From the NCBI GenBank assembly GCA_035607215.1, contig DATNCJ010000024.1, forward strand, positions 234 through 64,233: a stretch of DNA of 64,000 nt, given 5' to 3'. Below are positions 44,616-55,201 of this stretch, piece by piece. The position numbers were made by a program, and so were the translations under genes. The notes beneath the pieces are model-generated. The model was given only the letters and a program-made list of their open reading frames with translations. It ran no database searches and had not been told where the DNA came from. Origin of the DNA: Candidatus Eiseniibacteriota bacterium. GTDB lineage: Bacteria > Acidobacteriota > Terriglobia > Acidiferrales > UBA7541. Positions within the stretch are counted from its first letter, which is position 1; every line of letters begins with the position of its first letter.

Positions 44616-45383
44616 ATGAACGAGCGAGAGCTGCGACGACTGCTGGAAGGTGTGTCCGCGCGGAAAGTTACCCTGCGGAGCGCCGTTGAGCAGTTGCGGA
44701 ATCTGCCGTTCGAGGATCTGGATTTTGCGAAGGTGGATCATCACCGAGCGTTGCGGCAAGGCTATGCGGAGGTAGTATTCGCGAAGGGTAAGTCTCCCGC
44801 GCAGGTTGCGAAAATCGTGCGGGCAATGCTGGGACACAGGGGCAGCCGGCAGAATATTCTGGTGACACGGGCGGACGCCAGCACGTTTACGGCGGTACGC
44901 CGCCTAAATTCCGGCACCAGCCGAGCCGCGAAATTTCATGCGCTGTCTGGACTGATCACGATCGAGCGTAACGCCGAAATTTCGGGCAAGGGGACGATCT
45001 GCGTGGTATCGGCGGGAACGAGCGACATTCCGGTCGCCGAGGAAGCCTTGCTCACCGCCCGCATGATGGGAAATCGCGTCGAACATTTGTACGACGTAGG
45101 CGTCGCCGGAATCCACCGGCTGCTGGAGCATCGCACCAAGCTTACGACTGCGCGCGTCATCATTTGCATCGCGGGGATGGAGGGCGCGCTGCCGAGCGTC
45201 GTCGGCGGATTGGTGGCAGCGCCAGTGATTGCCGTGCCGACCAGCACCGGCTACGGCGCCAGCTTTGGTGGCGTCGCTGCGCTGCTCGGCATGCTGAACA
45301 GCTGCGCATCGAATGTGTCAGTGGTTAATATCGACAATGGATTTGGCGCTGCTTGCGTGGCGTCGTGCATCAATCGGTTGTGA
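44616..45383 (+). CDS. larB: Nickel-pincer cofactor biosynthesis protein LarB (PurE-like NaAD carboxylase/hydrolase)
   Basis: N-terminal LarB-specific region (LPFEDLDFAKVDHHRALRQGYAEVVFAKGK) plus a PurE-like fold (VVSAGTSDIPVAEEA). Confidence 0.85.
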   Translation: MNERELRRLLEGVSARKVTLRSAVEQLRNLPFEDLDFAKVDHHRALRQGYAEVVFAKGKSPAQVAKIVRAMLGHRGSRQNILVTRADASTFTAVRRLNSGTSRAAKFHALSGLITIERNAEISGKGTICVVSAGTSDIPVAEEALLTARMMGNRVEHLYDVGVAGIHRLLEHRTKLTTARVIICIAGMEGALPSVVGGLVAAPVIAVPTSTGYGASFGGVAALLGMLNSCASNVSVVNIDNGFGAACVASCINRL

Positions 45384-45420
45384 CTAACTCGCGCGCCTGA
45401 CGGCCTCGTGCGCGTGAGTA

Positions 45421-46431
45421 TCAGCCTGCGGGACTGAGCAACACCTTCATGACATCGCGGCGCTGTGCGAATTCGATCGCCTGCGGAGCGGCGGCGAGTG
45501 GAAACGTCTGGGTAACGAGCGGAGTGGGATCGACTTTGCCGGACTGCAGGAGCGCCAGCGCTTTGCCGAATGGCCCACAACGCGAGCCGATGACGGTGAT
45601 TTCCTTGACCACGATCGGCCAGGTCTCGACCGGCGCGGCGCCGTGGAACGTCGATTTCAGCACGAGCGTGCCGCGCGGCTTGGTCATATGTTGAGCGAGC
45701 GCGAGGCCGGTGGGTGAGCCGCTAGCTTCGACGAGCAGATCGTACGTCTGTTTGATGCGGCGGAGATCGCCGGGTTTCCCAAGCACGCGTTTCGTGGCGA
45801 TGTTGGCGCGTCGGGCGAGGGCCAGCTTGCGTTCGTGTTTTCCGTGCATCACGACACGGGGAACGGCCGTGCATAGCACGCGGGCGATCAATTGCGCCAG
45901 CTTGCCGTCGCCCAGGACCGCGGCTTCGCGGACACCTCGAACATCCACCTGCTGAAGAATTTCGCACGCAGCTGCCAGTGGTTCGACGAAAACGGCCTGC
46001 TGGTCGCTGACAGAATCGGGTACGGCGTGAAGATTTTCAAGCGGCAATGCCAGATATTCCGCAAAGGCGCCGTCGAGATTGACGATGCCGAGCACCGTTC
46101 GCCGCGCGCAATGAGTGGGCAATCCGCGGCGGCAGAATTCGCACCGCGGCTGATAGTTATACGCGGAGCATGAAACGTTGATCTCGCCCGTTACGCGCCG
46201 GCCCTGCCACTTCTTGCGCAGGGCGGGCGATGGACTATTGACGTCGATGACCTCACCGACGAATTCGTGGCCTGGCGTGCCGCGAAAGGCATGATAGCCG
46301 CGCAGAATTTCGATGTCGGTATTGCAAATTCCTGCCAGCCGCACACGAATGAGGGCCCAGCCGGGGATTGGCTTTGGCATGGACCGGGTTATGCGTTTAA
46401 GTTTTCCGCGGACAACTTGGAAAGCCAGCAC
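45421..46431 (-). CDS. Zinc-dependent alcohol dehydrogenase (MDR) family protein
   Basis: GICNTDIE...GHEFVGEV catalytic-zinc motif and structural Cys cluster. GTG start. Confidence 0.85.
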   Translation of the reverse strand: MLAFQVVRGKLKRITRSMPKPIPGWALIRVRLAGICNTDIEILRGYHAFRGTPGHEFVGEVIDVNSPSPALRKKWQGRRVTGEINVSCSAYNYQPRCEFCRRGLPTHCARRTVLGIVNLDGAFAEYLALPLENLHAVPDSVSDQQAVFVEPLAAACEILQQVDVRGVREAAVLGDGKLAQLIARVLCTAVPRVVMHGKHERKLALARRANIATKRVLGKPGDLRRIKQTYDLLVEASGSPTGLALAQHMTKPRGTLVLKSTFHGAAPVETWPIVVKEITVIGSRCGPFGKALALLQSGKVDPTPLVTQTFPLAAAPQAIEFAQRRDVMKVLLSPAG

Positions 46432-46440
46432 GATTGCCTT

Positions 46441-47871
46441 TCAGCGTAGCGCGGCTACCAGCATTTTTAGCAGCGGCGCCTCTTGTTCCTGGAAGACGGT
46501 GCGTAAATCGAGGACCAGGCGATTCTCTTCTACGCGGGCGATCACGGAAATGCGCGCGGGGGCGCGGCGGAGGCGCTGCTCGAGCTGTGCGGCAGAATAG
46601 CGGGCGCTGGCAATGCGGACGATCTTCGTGGGCAGTGATTGCGTGGGCGTCGAACCGCCACCGGCGAGCGATGCGCCATCGACGATATCCACTTCCGCTT
46701 CTCCTGCAGGTAGCTGCGGCATCAGTTCGCGGAGAAAACCATCGGTGCGGCGCTGCAATTCCTGCACGCTCAACCGAATCATACGCAGCGCCGGGATCTC
46801 GTCGATCGCACCTCGCAGGTAGGCGCCCAGAGTTGCTTCCATGGCGGCGATGGTGAGCTTGTCGACACGCAGAGCGCGAAACAGCGGGTGACGACGCACC
46901 TTGGTTACCAGTTCCTTCTTGCCGGCGATGATTCCGGCTTGCGGGCCACCGAGAAGTTTGTCGCCGCTGAACATAACCAGTGAAACGCCTGCGTCGATGC
47001 TCTGCTTCACGACCGGCTCGGTGATGCCAGCTGCGGAAAGATTGACGAGGCATCCCGAACCGAGATCTTCCACGAGAGGCAGGTTTGTGCGCCTGCTGAG
47101 CGCAACCAGTTCTTCGAGCGAGGGCTTGTCGGTGAAACCGCTGATCGTGAAATTGGACGGATGCACGCGCAGCAGGAGTCTCGTGTGTTCGTCGATTGCA
47201 CGCTCGTAGTCGGCAGCGCGCGTGCGATTTGTGGTGCCCACTTCGCGCAATACGGCTCCGCTCTCGGCCATGATCTCCGGGATACGGAATCCATCGCCAA
47301 TCTCAATCAGTTCGCCGCGGGAGACGATGACTTCGCCTCTCTTCGCGAGCGCCGCCAGCACCAGCAAGACAGCGGCAGCGCAGTTGTTCACGACCATGGC
47401 GGCTTCCGCTCCTGTCAATCGTTCCAGGAGCTGCGCGGTGTGAACGTCGCGCTTGCCGCGAGCACCGGCTTCGAGATCGTATTCGAGATTGCTGTACTGC
47501 GTGGCGGTGCGGCGAAATTCCTCAATGGCGGCCGCGGTGAGAGGAGCGCGACCCAGGTTGGTGTGCAGGATGACCCCGGTGGCATTGATCACCGGTTGCA
47601 ACGATCGTGACAAAATCTGTTCAACCATTTCCGTGATGCGGGTTTCGAGCGACGCGGGGTCAAGCGCGGCAACGGCCAAGCGCGATTCTTCGGCGATTTT
47701 CGCCCGCACCTCGGCCAAGACCGTGCGGGTCACCTCTAGAAGCACGTTGCGATCGATTCGCTCTGCCAGCCGGGCCAGGCCAGGTTGCGCGAGCAACTCA
47801 TCGACGGACGGAATCTGCCGCAACAGATCGGCTTGTTCGGCCGTCAAGGCGCGCTTTTGGCGAGGCTCCAT
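46441..47871 (-). CDS. selA: L-seryl-tRNA(Sec) selenium transferase
   Basis: Collinear with E. coli SelA as recalled: NATGVILHTNLGRAPL, VVSRGELIEIGDGFRIPE, FSGDKLLGGPQAGII. Confidence 0.92.
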   Translation of the reverse strand: MEPRQKRALTAEQADLLRQIPSVDELLAQPGLARLAERIDRNVLLEVTRTVLAEVRAKIAEESRLAVAALDPASLETRITEMVEQILSRSLQPVINATGVILHTNLGRAPLTAAAIEEFRRTATQYSNLEYDLEAGARGKRDVHTAQLLERLTGAEAAMVVNNCAAAVLLVLAALAKRGEVIVSRGELIEIGDGFRIPEIMAESGAVLREVGTTNRTRAADYERAIDEHTRLLLRVHPSNFTISGFTDKPSLEELVALSRRTNLPLVEDLGSGCLVNLSAAGITEPVVKQSIDAGVSLVMFSGDKLLGGPQAGIIAGKKELVTKVRRHPLFRALRVDKLTIAAMEATLGAYLRGAIDEIPALRMIRLSVQELQRRTDGFLRELMPQLPAGEAEVDIVDGASLAGGGSTPTQSLPTKIVRIASARYSAAQLEQRLRRAPARISVIARVEENRLVLDLRTVFQEQEAPLLKMLVAALR

Positions 47872-48056
47872 GCCGCCATTTCAGCACAGACGCGGCGCCG
47901 CGGGCAACGTGCCGAGCCGCCTGTACGGTTGGACAGGTGATGCGTATCGACGCGAGACACGGGAGTTACGTGCTGAATCGGCAGCGTTGCCTGCGGGTAC
48001 CGTTGACGGGTCGCTTTCCATACTCCTAGCATGGGACAAGGGGGTTGTGCCCATCC

Positions 48057-48698
48057 ATGGCCTCTATCGACGAAGAGCTAGGTCAGCTCGAGCGGGATAT
48101 TCGCCAGCTCAAGATTGAGTACGACCAATATTTCGGCGGCGGCAGGAAGCGCCCACCCACCGAAATTGAATGGCGAATCGAGTTGATCGTCAAGCGCTAC
48201 GCGGAACGCAGCGGTGAACTGAAGTTCGGGCAGCGCTTTCGCTACAACAACCTCACGCAGACGTACGCGAAGTACAAAGATATTTTCCGCAAGCGCACGC
48301 AGCAAAAGGAAGAAGGCCGTTCGCAGCGGCATTTTGGGGCGGCCGCCAAGGCGATTGAGGCGGAACGCGCCAAATCCCAAGCAGCCGCGCCGCCGGCAGC
48401 TACGGTCGTCTCCACGCCTGCGGCAAACGTTTCAAAGGCGGCCGAGGCCGGCGCTTTTCGGATGGTATGTTCCGAGCCCGAGCGCGAGACAGAAAAAGTC
48501 GACCAACTGTACCAGGCATTTCTGCAGGCCAAGGCTCGCGCTGGAGAAGCAACCGGCAAGCTCTCGCCCGACGGCTTCAAGGAATTCGTCCGCAAAAAAA
48601 CGAAGGACCTGCAATCCAAGCAGAACTGCCGCGACGTCGAATATGTGGTTGAGACCGTCGACGGCCAGGTAAAACTCAAAGCCCTGGTCAAGAGCTGA
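48057..48698 (+). CDS. Conserved hypothetical protein (MXAN_5187-like)
   Basis: LERDIRQLKIEYDQYFGGGRKRPP N-terminal motif recalled from myxobacterial and acidobacterial hypothetical proteins. Confidence 0.55.
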   Translation: MASIDEELGQLERDIRQLKIEYDQYFGGGRKRPPTEIEWRIELIVKRYAERSGELKFGQRFRYNNLTQTYAKYKDIFRKRTQQKEEGRSQRHFGAAAKAIEAERAKSQAAAPPAATVVSTPAANVSKAAEAGAFRMVCSEPERETEKVDQLYQAFLQAKARAGEATGKLSPDGFKEFVRKKTKDLQSKQNCRDVEYVVETVDGQVKLKALVKS

Positions 48699-48838
48699 AC
48701 TTCTCATGCTGAACTTCGCCTGTGGAACGTCGCCAGGTTTGCCCCGCAGGCTACATTTCCACAAGCACGGTTTCCGCTTTTGCCATTTCTGTCGAACCCC
48801 GCTTACACTGTTGTGCTTTTTGTTCGCGGAGGCTTCAC

Positions 48839-50410
48839 ATGGCAGTGGCACGCGCGCTGATCAGCGTATTTGACAAGACCGGGATCGTCGAGTTTGCCAA
48901 ACGCTTGGCCGCGCTCGGCATCGAGATGCTCTCCACTGGCGGCACGTCCAAGCTGCTGCGTGATGCGCAGATACCCGTTCGCGATGTTGCCGACTTCACC
49001 GGTTGGCCGGAGATGCTCGGTGGGCGCGTGAAGACGCTGCATCCCAAGGTGCATGGCGGATTGCTGTACCGGCGCCGGCTCGCCGAAGATCAAAAGCAGG
49101 CCGCCGAGCACGGAATTCAGCCGATCGATCTGGTGGTAGTAAATCTCTATCCCTTCGAAGCTACTGCGGAGAAACCCCAACTCACGGCCGAGGAGCTGAT
49201 TGAAAATATCGACATCGGTGGACCGACGATGCTGCGCTCGGCAGCTAAGAATTTCGAGAGCGTCTCGGTCGTGTGCGATCCAGCAGACTACAATCGGGTG
49301 GCCGGCGAACTGGAAAAATCTCGCGACACCGCTTTGGCAACGCGGCTGGACCTGGCACGCAAGGTGTTTGCCACGACCTGCCGCTATGACGGAATGATCG
49401 CGACGGAGCTTGAACGCGTTGCGGCGTTGGCCGACGCCGTCAACCTGCAGGAGAAATCGCCATTGCCGCAACGCTTGAGCATCGCGATCCGGCAAAAGCA
49501 GGAACTGCGCTACGGAGAAAATCCGCATCAGGCAGCCGCGCTCTACGTGAACGCCGGCAAGCCGCTGGAAGGGCTGGCGGCGGCAACGCAGCTGCAGGGC
49601 AAGGAGCTGTCCTACAACAATTTTGTCGATCTGGAAGCCGCGCGGAGCCTGGCGGCGGAATTTCGCAAACCTGCGGCGGTGATTATCAAGCACAACAATC
49701 CGTGCGGCACGGCGGAGCAGGAGACGTTGCGCGACGCGTATCTGAAGGCATACGCCTGCGATCCGATTTCCGCGTTTGGAGGGGTGCTGGCGTTCAATCG
49801 AGTGGTGGACGGTGCGACGGCGGAGGAAGTCGCGAAGCTTTTCGTAGAGTGTATTGTGGCGCCGGGATTTGAGGAAAAGGCCAAAACCGCCTTTGCCGCG
49901 AAGAAAAATCTGCGGCTGCTGGAACTGCCGCAAGGGGCGCTGGAGCTGGATCGCGAGCTCCAACTGAAACGGATTCTCGGCGGAATGCTGGTGCAGCAGC
50001 CGGATCTCGGCGAACTGTCAGATACGGAGTTGCGCACGGTGACGAAGCGTGTGCCAACTGCGGAAGAAATGCACACAATGCGCTTCGCGTGGAAAGTGTC
50101 CAAGCACGTGAAGTCCAACGCCATCGTGTTCGCGCGAGATTCCGCGACGCTCGGCGTGGGCGCCGGACAAATGAGCCGCGTTGACTCGGTGAAGATCGCG
50201 GTGATGAAGGCGCAGACATCGCTAGCGGGGAGCGTAGTGGCATCGGATGCGTTTTTTCCGTTTCCGGACGGCGTGGAGGAGGCCGCGAAGGCTGGAGCGA
50301 CGGCGCTGATTCAGCCGGGCGGCTCGGTGCGCGACAACGATGTGATCGCCGCGGCGGACCGACTTAGGTTGGCCATGGTGTTTACGGGAATGCGGCACTT
50401 TCTGCATTAA
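48839..50410 (+). CDS. purH: Bifunctional AICAR transformylase/IMP cyclohydrolase
   Basis: [24 protein letters not shown] and IVKHNNPCG motifs. The stop overlaps the convergent kinase stop at 50407-50410. Confidence 0.95.
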   Translation: MAVARALISVFDKTGIVEFAKRLAALGIEMLSTGGTSKLLRDAQIPVRDVADFTGWPEMLGGRVKTLHPKVHGGLLYRRRLAEDQKQAAEHGIQPIDLVVVNLYPFEATAEKPQLTAEELIENIDIGGPTMLRSAAKNFESVSVVCDPADYNRVAGELEKSRDTALATRLDLARKVFATTCRYDGMIATELERVAALADAVNLQEKSPLPQRLSIAIRQKQELRYGENPHQAAALYVNAGKPLEGLAAATQLQGKELSYNNFVDLEAARSLAAEFRKPAAVIIKHNNPCGTAEQETLRDAYLKAYACDPISAFGGVLAFNRVVDGATAEEVAKLFVECIVAPGFEEKAKTAFAAKKNLRLLELPQGALELDRELQLKRILGGMLVQQPDLGELSDTELRTVTKRVPTAEEMHTMRFAWKVSKHVKSNAIVFARDSATLGVGAGQMSRVDSVKIAVMKAQTSLAGSVVASDAFFPFPDGVEEAAKAGATALIQPGGSVRDNDVIAAADRLRLAMVFTGMRHFLH

Positions 50411-51420
50411 GCCAAGTTCGAAAGACGTCGCAGCACCCGAAGTCGAGTGGCCTCCCACTCGTGAGCAAGGGACTGCGACCGCATCAATTTCACGATCTCT
50501 CTAACCCCAAGCGCACTGTCTCCTGCGCCCACCACGCTCGCTGCTACGGCGCCCGCAGCATTCGCCACGAGAGCAGCCTCTGTCGGCGGCCACCATCGTA
50601 ATCGCGCCTGCAAAAGCGCCGCCGTGAAGGCGTCGCCTGCACCTGTAGAGTCCACAGATGGTACCTTGAACCCGGGAACGTTCCGCAATTTGCCGCACTC
50701 GACGAGCAAGCAACCGCGTCTTCCCAGCTTCATGACAATTTCCCTCGCGCCGGCACGCTGCAAGCTTCGAAACGCCTTGCGCGCGTTCCGTTGGCCAGTC
50801 AGAGCGCTCGCCTCTTGGTTGCTCACGAGCAGTAGGTCGATTCGGTTGAGGATTTGCAAAATCTTCCGGGGGATTTTCTGGCTTGGCTCCATGCCCACAT
50901 CGAGCGACGCCCATCCTCGGTTTCGTCGCACCGCTCGCAGTATCTGTCCCGCTGCTTTTTCTGGACCGGGATCGAGAAAGCTGTAGCCCATCAAACTTGC
51001 CACTCTGACGCGTTTGAGCAGTGGCGATCTCGGGGGTTGAGGCCGCAGCAGGGAGTTTGCGCCACGACTGCCAAAAAAAGTCCGCTGCCCGTCGGGAGTT
51101 ACATTGATGTACAACAGGCCGGTCGTAGCTTGCTCAGTGCGCTGGATGTGGCGGACCTCGATACTCTTCGCTGCGAGTCGAGCCAGGACGGTGTCGCCTA
51201 GCGGGTCACGCCCGACGGAAGCGATCAATTGCGGCACGACTCCCCATTTCCGAAGCGCTAGCGCGCAATTGGCTCCGACGCCGCCGCAATGCAACTCGAG
51301 ATGGTCGGCTAGGCATTCTTCGCCGGGGCGAGGCCAGGACCTCGTGAGTCCGATCAGGTCGACATTAATGTCGCCTAGGACGACGATTTCCGGCGCGGTC
51401 TGGGCTGGGCGGCTTGGCAT
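50407..51420 (-). CDS. psuK: PfkB-family carbohydrate kinase, probably pseudouridine kinase
   Basis: VVLGDINVDL N-terminus and the DSTGAGDAF motif. Divergent from psuG. Confidence 0.65.
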   Translation of the reverse strand: MPSRPAQTAPEIVVLGDINVDLIGLTRSWPRPGEECLADHLELHCGGVGANCALALRKWGVVPQLIASVGRDPLGDTVLARLAAKSIEVRHIQRTEQATTGLLYINVTPDGQRTFFGSRGANSLLRPQPPRSPLLKRVRVASLMGYSFLDPGPEKAAGQILRAVRRNRGWASLDVGMEPSQKIPRKILQILNRIDLLLVSNQEASALTGQRNARKAFRSLQRAGAREIVMKLGRRGCLLVECGKLRNVPGFKVPSVDSTGAGDAFTAALLQARLRWWPPTEAALVANAAGAVAASVVGAGDSALGVREIVKLMRSQSLAHEWEATRLRVLRRLSNLA

Positions 51421-51509
51421 ATCGGTGGCATGGTAGCACCGCGGGCGAGCCAATTTTCCCGGAGACCTCGCTTTGTGATAAGACCGAGAAGCAAACTCGG
51501 AGGTTGCCG

Positions 51510-52451
51510 TTGGATCCATTGATTTCGGTGCGGGACGATATCGCGGCGGCGCTGGTGGCGGGCGCGCCGGTGGTTGCGCTGGAATCCACGGTCATCGCGC
51601 ACGGTTTGCCGCGGCCCCACAACCTCGATACGGCGCTGGAAATGGAGGCGGCAGTGCGCGATGGCGGCGCCACGCCCGCGACGATCGGGATTCTCGACGG
51701 CAAGATCGTCGTGGGGCTGGGCACCGAACAGATCGCGCGGATCGCAGACGCTGGCGACGTCGCCAAAGTCAGCAGCTCGGATCTTTCCGCGGTGCTGGCT
51801 TCGGGACGCATTGGAGCTACGACCGTGGCAGGCACGGTATTCGTGGCGGCTCGCGCGGGAATTCGCATCGTCGCAACCGGGGGAATCGGCGGCGCGCATC
51901 GCGGTAGCGAGAATACTTTCGATATTTCCGCCGATCTGACGGAACTGGCGCGAACCGCGGTGGCGGTGGTTTGCTCGGGAGCGAAGGCCATTCTGGACCT
52001 GCCGCGCACGGTCGAAGTGATGGAGACTCTCGGGATTCCGGTGGTGGGCTACGGCACGACCGAGTTTCCGGCATTCTACTCCAGGGAAAGTGGCCTCGTG
52101 CTGCAACACCGCGTCGATAGTCCGGACGAAGCCGCGAAGCTGATGTGCATTCATTGGGACTTGGGTTGGCTGGGGCAAGGGACGACAGCGGGGGTTGTTA
52201 TTGCGAATCCGCCTCCTGCAGAGCTGACGCTGGGTCGCGCCGAGGTGGAATCGCTGGTTGCCGCAGCTTTGGAGTCCGCGGAAGCTGCGGGAGTGCGAGG
52301 CAAGCCAGTGACACCATTCTTGTTGGGGTATCTGGCCAAGCATAGCGGCGGGAAGACGTTGAAGACGAACGTCGCGCTGCTGGTGGCCAATGCGCGGTTG
52401 GCGGCAGCAATAGCGGTAGCCTACAGTGCGAGGAAGGCAGGGCGTTGGTAG
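51510..52451 (+). CDS. psuG: Pseudouridine-5'-phosphate glycosidase
   Basis: VVALESTVIAHGLP, GATTVAGT and GGIGGAHRG motifs. The TTG start 6 nt after GGAGG is a guess. Confidence 0.88.
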   Translation: MDPLISVRDDIAAALVAGAPVVALESTVIAHGLPRPHNLDTALEMEAAVRDGGATPATIGILDGKIVVGLGTEQIARIADAGDVAKVSSSDLSAVLASGRIGATTVAGTVFVAARAGIRIVATGGIGGAHRGSENTFDISADLTELARTAVAVVCSGAKAILDLPRTVEVMETLGIPVVGYGTTEFPAFYSRESGLVLQHRVDSPDEAAKLMCIHWDLGWLGQGTTAGVVIANPPPAELTLGRAEVESLVAAALESAEAAGVRGKPVTPFLLGYLAKHSGGKTLKTNVALLVANARLAAAIAVAYSARKAGRW

Positions 52452-52644
52452 GCGAAGGGGATTTGGCATAACCTTCGCCAATTGCGTGGGGGCCCATCGT
52501 CTGGGCTGGGCTGTACTAACAGACACCTCGAGCCGTCAAGGCAAAGTGCCATCCCTGCAATTCTTGACGCGCCGTTTCCTGCCTTGATTGCATCCAACGC
52601 TTCGTCAAGAGGTCGGATGTCCCATTTCGAGGAGTGGAGGGTTT

Positions 52645-52899
52645 ATGGCCAGCAAAGCGACACGGGCCACGGATAGCGGCGAGACTGAAATTGTTCTGCA
52701 GGTGGGGAGCGAGCTGCGTATTTCCAACCATGGCGAAATCGTTCTTGGTAATCCGGAGCTGGAGTTGGCTCGCGAGGGGCGCGCGGCGGATGCAACCTTG
52801 CGCTACCGGTTCGATGCCAGCAAGGGGGAGCACATTTTCCGTCTGGTGGAACCGCTGGCCGATCACCAACACACCAAAACACATCGTCCAAACGACTGA
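52645..52899 (+). CDS. Hypothetical small protein (84 aa)
   Basis: GGAGTGGAGGG lies upstream of the ATG. No family recognised. Confidence 0.4.
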   Translation: MASKATRATDSGETEIVLQVGSELRISNHGEIVLGNPELELAREGRAADATLRYRFDASKGEHIFRLVEPLADHQHTKTHRPND

Positions 52900-53072
52900 A
52901 AAGCCCCCTCAGGTATCGATAGACAAAAGAGATAGGGTCCATCCGCTCTTTGGCGGGAACGATTCGCGGCGTTGCGGCATCCTAGTTGAGTGTCCTGTCG
53001 GCACGAAACGCCGTGGTTTTCGCTTTTGACCCCGTTTCCCGTGCATGGGATACTTTTCGTTTCGGGGTCTCT

Positions 53073-55196
53073 ATGAGCTTGCTTAAATGGTCCGTAACGG
53101 CGGCGATTCTTGCTGTCGGCACCCTGTCGGCCGTCGCGCAGCCCGCCTCAGGCCAGTCCATCGCTCCGCCGTCGCCCCCGTCCCAAACACCGGCAGACGC
53201 ATCCGCTTCCACGCCGGCTTCCGACTCAGTCGGTCGCGCCGATGCCTACTACAATTTCACAATGGGGCATATTTACGAGCAGCAGTACGAGAACACCAGC
53301 CGGGCCGAATATGCCACGCAAGCCATCGAGTTCTACAAAAAGGCCTACGCGCTTGATCCCAAGTCCGCCGTTGTCGGTGAACGCCTGGCGGAGATGTATT
53401 GGAAGGCCCAGCGAGTGCACGACGCCATCGCCGGGGCGCAGGAGATCCTCAAACGCGATCCAAACGACGTGCAGACCCGGCGGCTGCTCGCGCGAATCTA
53501 TCTGCGTAGCCTCGGCGATTTGAATTCCAACGCGGCGGGGCAGTCCGAAGTATCCGCACGTGCGATCGAGCAATACAAGGAAATCTTCCGGCTCGATCCC
53601 TCGGATACCGAATCCGCGTTGTGGCTCGCGCGGCTTTACCGGCTGCGCAACGATCACGACAAAGCCGAAGACGTGTTGCGCGGGATCCTGAAGACGGATC
53701 CCGACAACGAAGCTGCGATCGAGCAGCTCACGCAGCTCTTGTTGGATGAAGGGAAATCCACCGAAGCGGTCTCGTTGCTGGAAGGCATGACCAGCCGGGC
53801 GCCTTCGCCGGTCCTGCTGGATCTTCTGGGTGAGGCGTACACGCAGACCAAGGATCTTGCCAAGGCAGAACAGGCGTACAAGAAGGCCACGGATCTGGAT
53901 CCCACGGAGTTAAGTCATCTGCGCGGGCTTGGCCAGACGTTGATGGCCGAAGAAAAGTATCAGGACGCCCTGACCGTGTATCAGAAGCTTATCGATCTGA
54001 TGCCCGATGATGGCGACAATTACCTGCACATCGCGCGTATCTATCGCGAGCTACACCAACTCGACAAAGCCGAAGAAAATTTGCTGAAGGCTCGCCAGTA
54101 TGAGCCCGGCAGTCTGGAAGTCATGTACAACGAGGCCATGCTGTACCAGGCGCAAGGCCGCTTTGACGATGCCATTCGCGTGCTGGCGGATGCGGTGACC
54201 GGGGTGAAAGGACAGTCGCCGGTACTGCCCTCACGGCGCCGTTCGCTGGCGATCTTGTATCAGCAGCTCGGTCAGACCTATCAGCAAAAGCAGAACTACG
54301 CCGCAGCGATTTACACTTATGAGGAGCTTGCGCACCTGGGCGATGAAGAGGATCGCCGCGCGCGGTTGCTGATCATCTCCGCGTACCGCGAAGCCAAGGA
54401 TTTGCCGAAGGCTTTGCAGGCCACCAAGGAAGCGCTGGCCAAGTATCCCAGCGATCCGGCGATCAAGACGCGCCAAGCCTTGCTGCTGGGCGAAAATGGG
54501 CAAGTAGACGAAGCCGCGAAGCTGCTTCGCGCTCAGCTCACTAACAACAATCCAGAAGCGGACCGCGAGACTTACCTGAACATCGCGCAGGTGTATGAAC
54601 GTGCGCGGCGATACAAGGAGGCCGAGGAAGCGGCCCATGCTGCAGAGGTCTTGCCCGGCCAGCCACGCGACAACCAGCAGGTGTACTTCGCGCTTGGCGC
54701 GATTTATGAGAAGCAGAAGTTTTACGATCGCGCCGAGGAACAATTCAAGAAGGTGCTGGACCTCGATCCCACGAACGCGATCGCACTGAACTACTACGGT
54801 TACATGCTGGGTGATCTGGGCCAGCGCCTGGATGAAGCGGAATCTTTGCTGCAACGCGCATTGAAGGAAGATCCCTACAACGGCGCGTATCTGGATAGCC
54901 TGGGCTGGATCTATTACAAGGGAAACAAGCTGGCGGACGCGGAGGCCACGCTGCGCCAAGCCGTCGAGCGCGAAAGTCACGATCCTACGATCCACTCGCA
55001 TCTGGGCGACGTATATTCCAAGCTCGGCCGGACGGAGCTGGCTGCCGCCGAATGGGAGAAGTCGATTTCGGAGTGGCGCCGGTCGCTGCCAGCGGACATC
55101 GAAACCGACAAGATTGCCGAGCTGGAAAAGAAGCTTTCCCAGACGAAGCACCGCGTGGCGCAAAAGTCTTCCAGTCAAGACGCCAAGCCTCGATAA
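53073..55196 (+). CDS. Tetratricopeptide repeat protein, exported
   Basis: Signal peptide MSLLKWSVTAAILAVGTLSAVAQ followed by more than 12 TPR-like units. Confidence 0.85.
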   Translation: MSLLKWSVTAAILAVGTLSAVAQPASGQSIAPPSPPSQTPADASASTPASDSVGRADAYYNFTMGHIYEQQYENTSRAEYATQAIEFYKKAYALDPKSAVVGERLAEMYWKAQRVHDAIAGAQEILKRDPNDVQTRRLLARIYLRSLGDLNSNAAGQSEVSARAIEQYKEIFRLDPSDTESALWLARLYRLRNDHDKAEDVLRGILKTDPDNEAAIEQLTQLLLDEGKSTEAVSLLEGMTSRAPSPVLLDLLGEAYTQTKDLAKAEQAYKKATDLDPTELSHLRGLGQTLMAEEKYQDALTVYQKLIDLMPDDGDNYLHIARIYRELHQLDKAEENLLKARQYEPGSLEVMYNEAMLYQAQGRFDDAIRVLADAVTGVKGQSPVLPSRRRSLAILYQQLGQTYQQKQNYAAAIYTYEELAHLGDEEDRRARLLIISAYREAKDLPKALQATKEALAKYPSDPAIKTRQALLLGENGQVDEAAKLLRAQLTNNNPEADRETYLNIAQVYERARRYKEAEEAAHAAEVLPGQPRDNQQVYFALGAIYEKQKFYDRAEEQFKKVLDLDPTNAIALNYYGYMLGDLGQRLDEAESLLQRALKEDPYNGAYLDSLGWIYYKGNKLADAEATLRQAVERESHDPTIHSHLGDVYSKLGRTELAAAEWEKSISEWRRSLPADIETDKIAELEKKLSQTKHRVAQKSSSQDAKPR

Positions 55197-55201
55197 GCCG
55201 A

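Noticed and set aside
47872-48056. tRNA-Sec or SECIS element next to selA
   Set aside because: There is no acceptor/T-arm architecture, no GGTTCGA-type T-loop and no TCA anticodon loop context.
48699-48838. Possible ZTP (pfl) riboswitch upstream of purH
   Set aside because: The conserved GGGUCGUGAC...CCGCCUGGGC blocks are not present. Only a loose CGCCTGTGG is seen, and the spacer is too short for both sub-domains.
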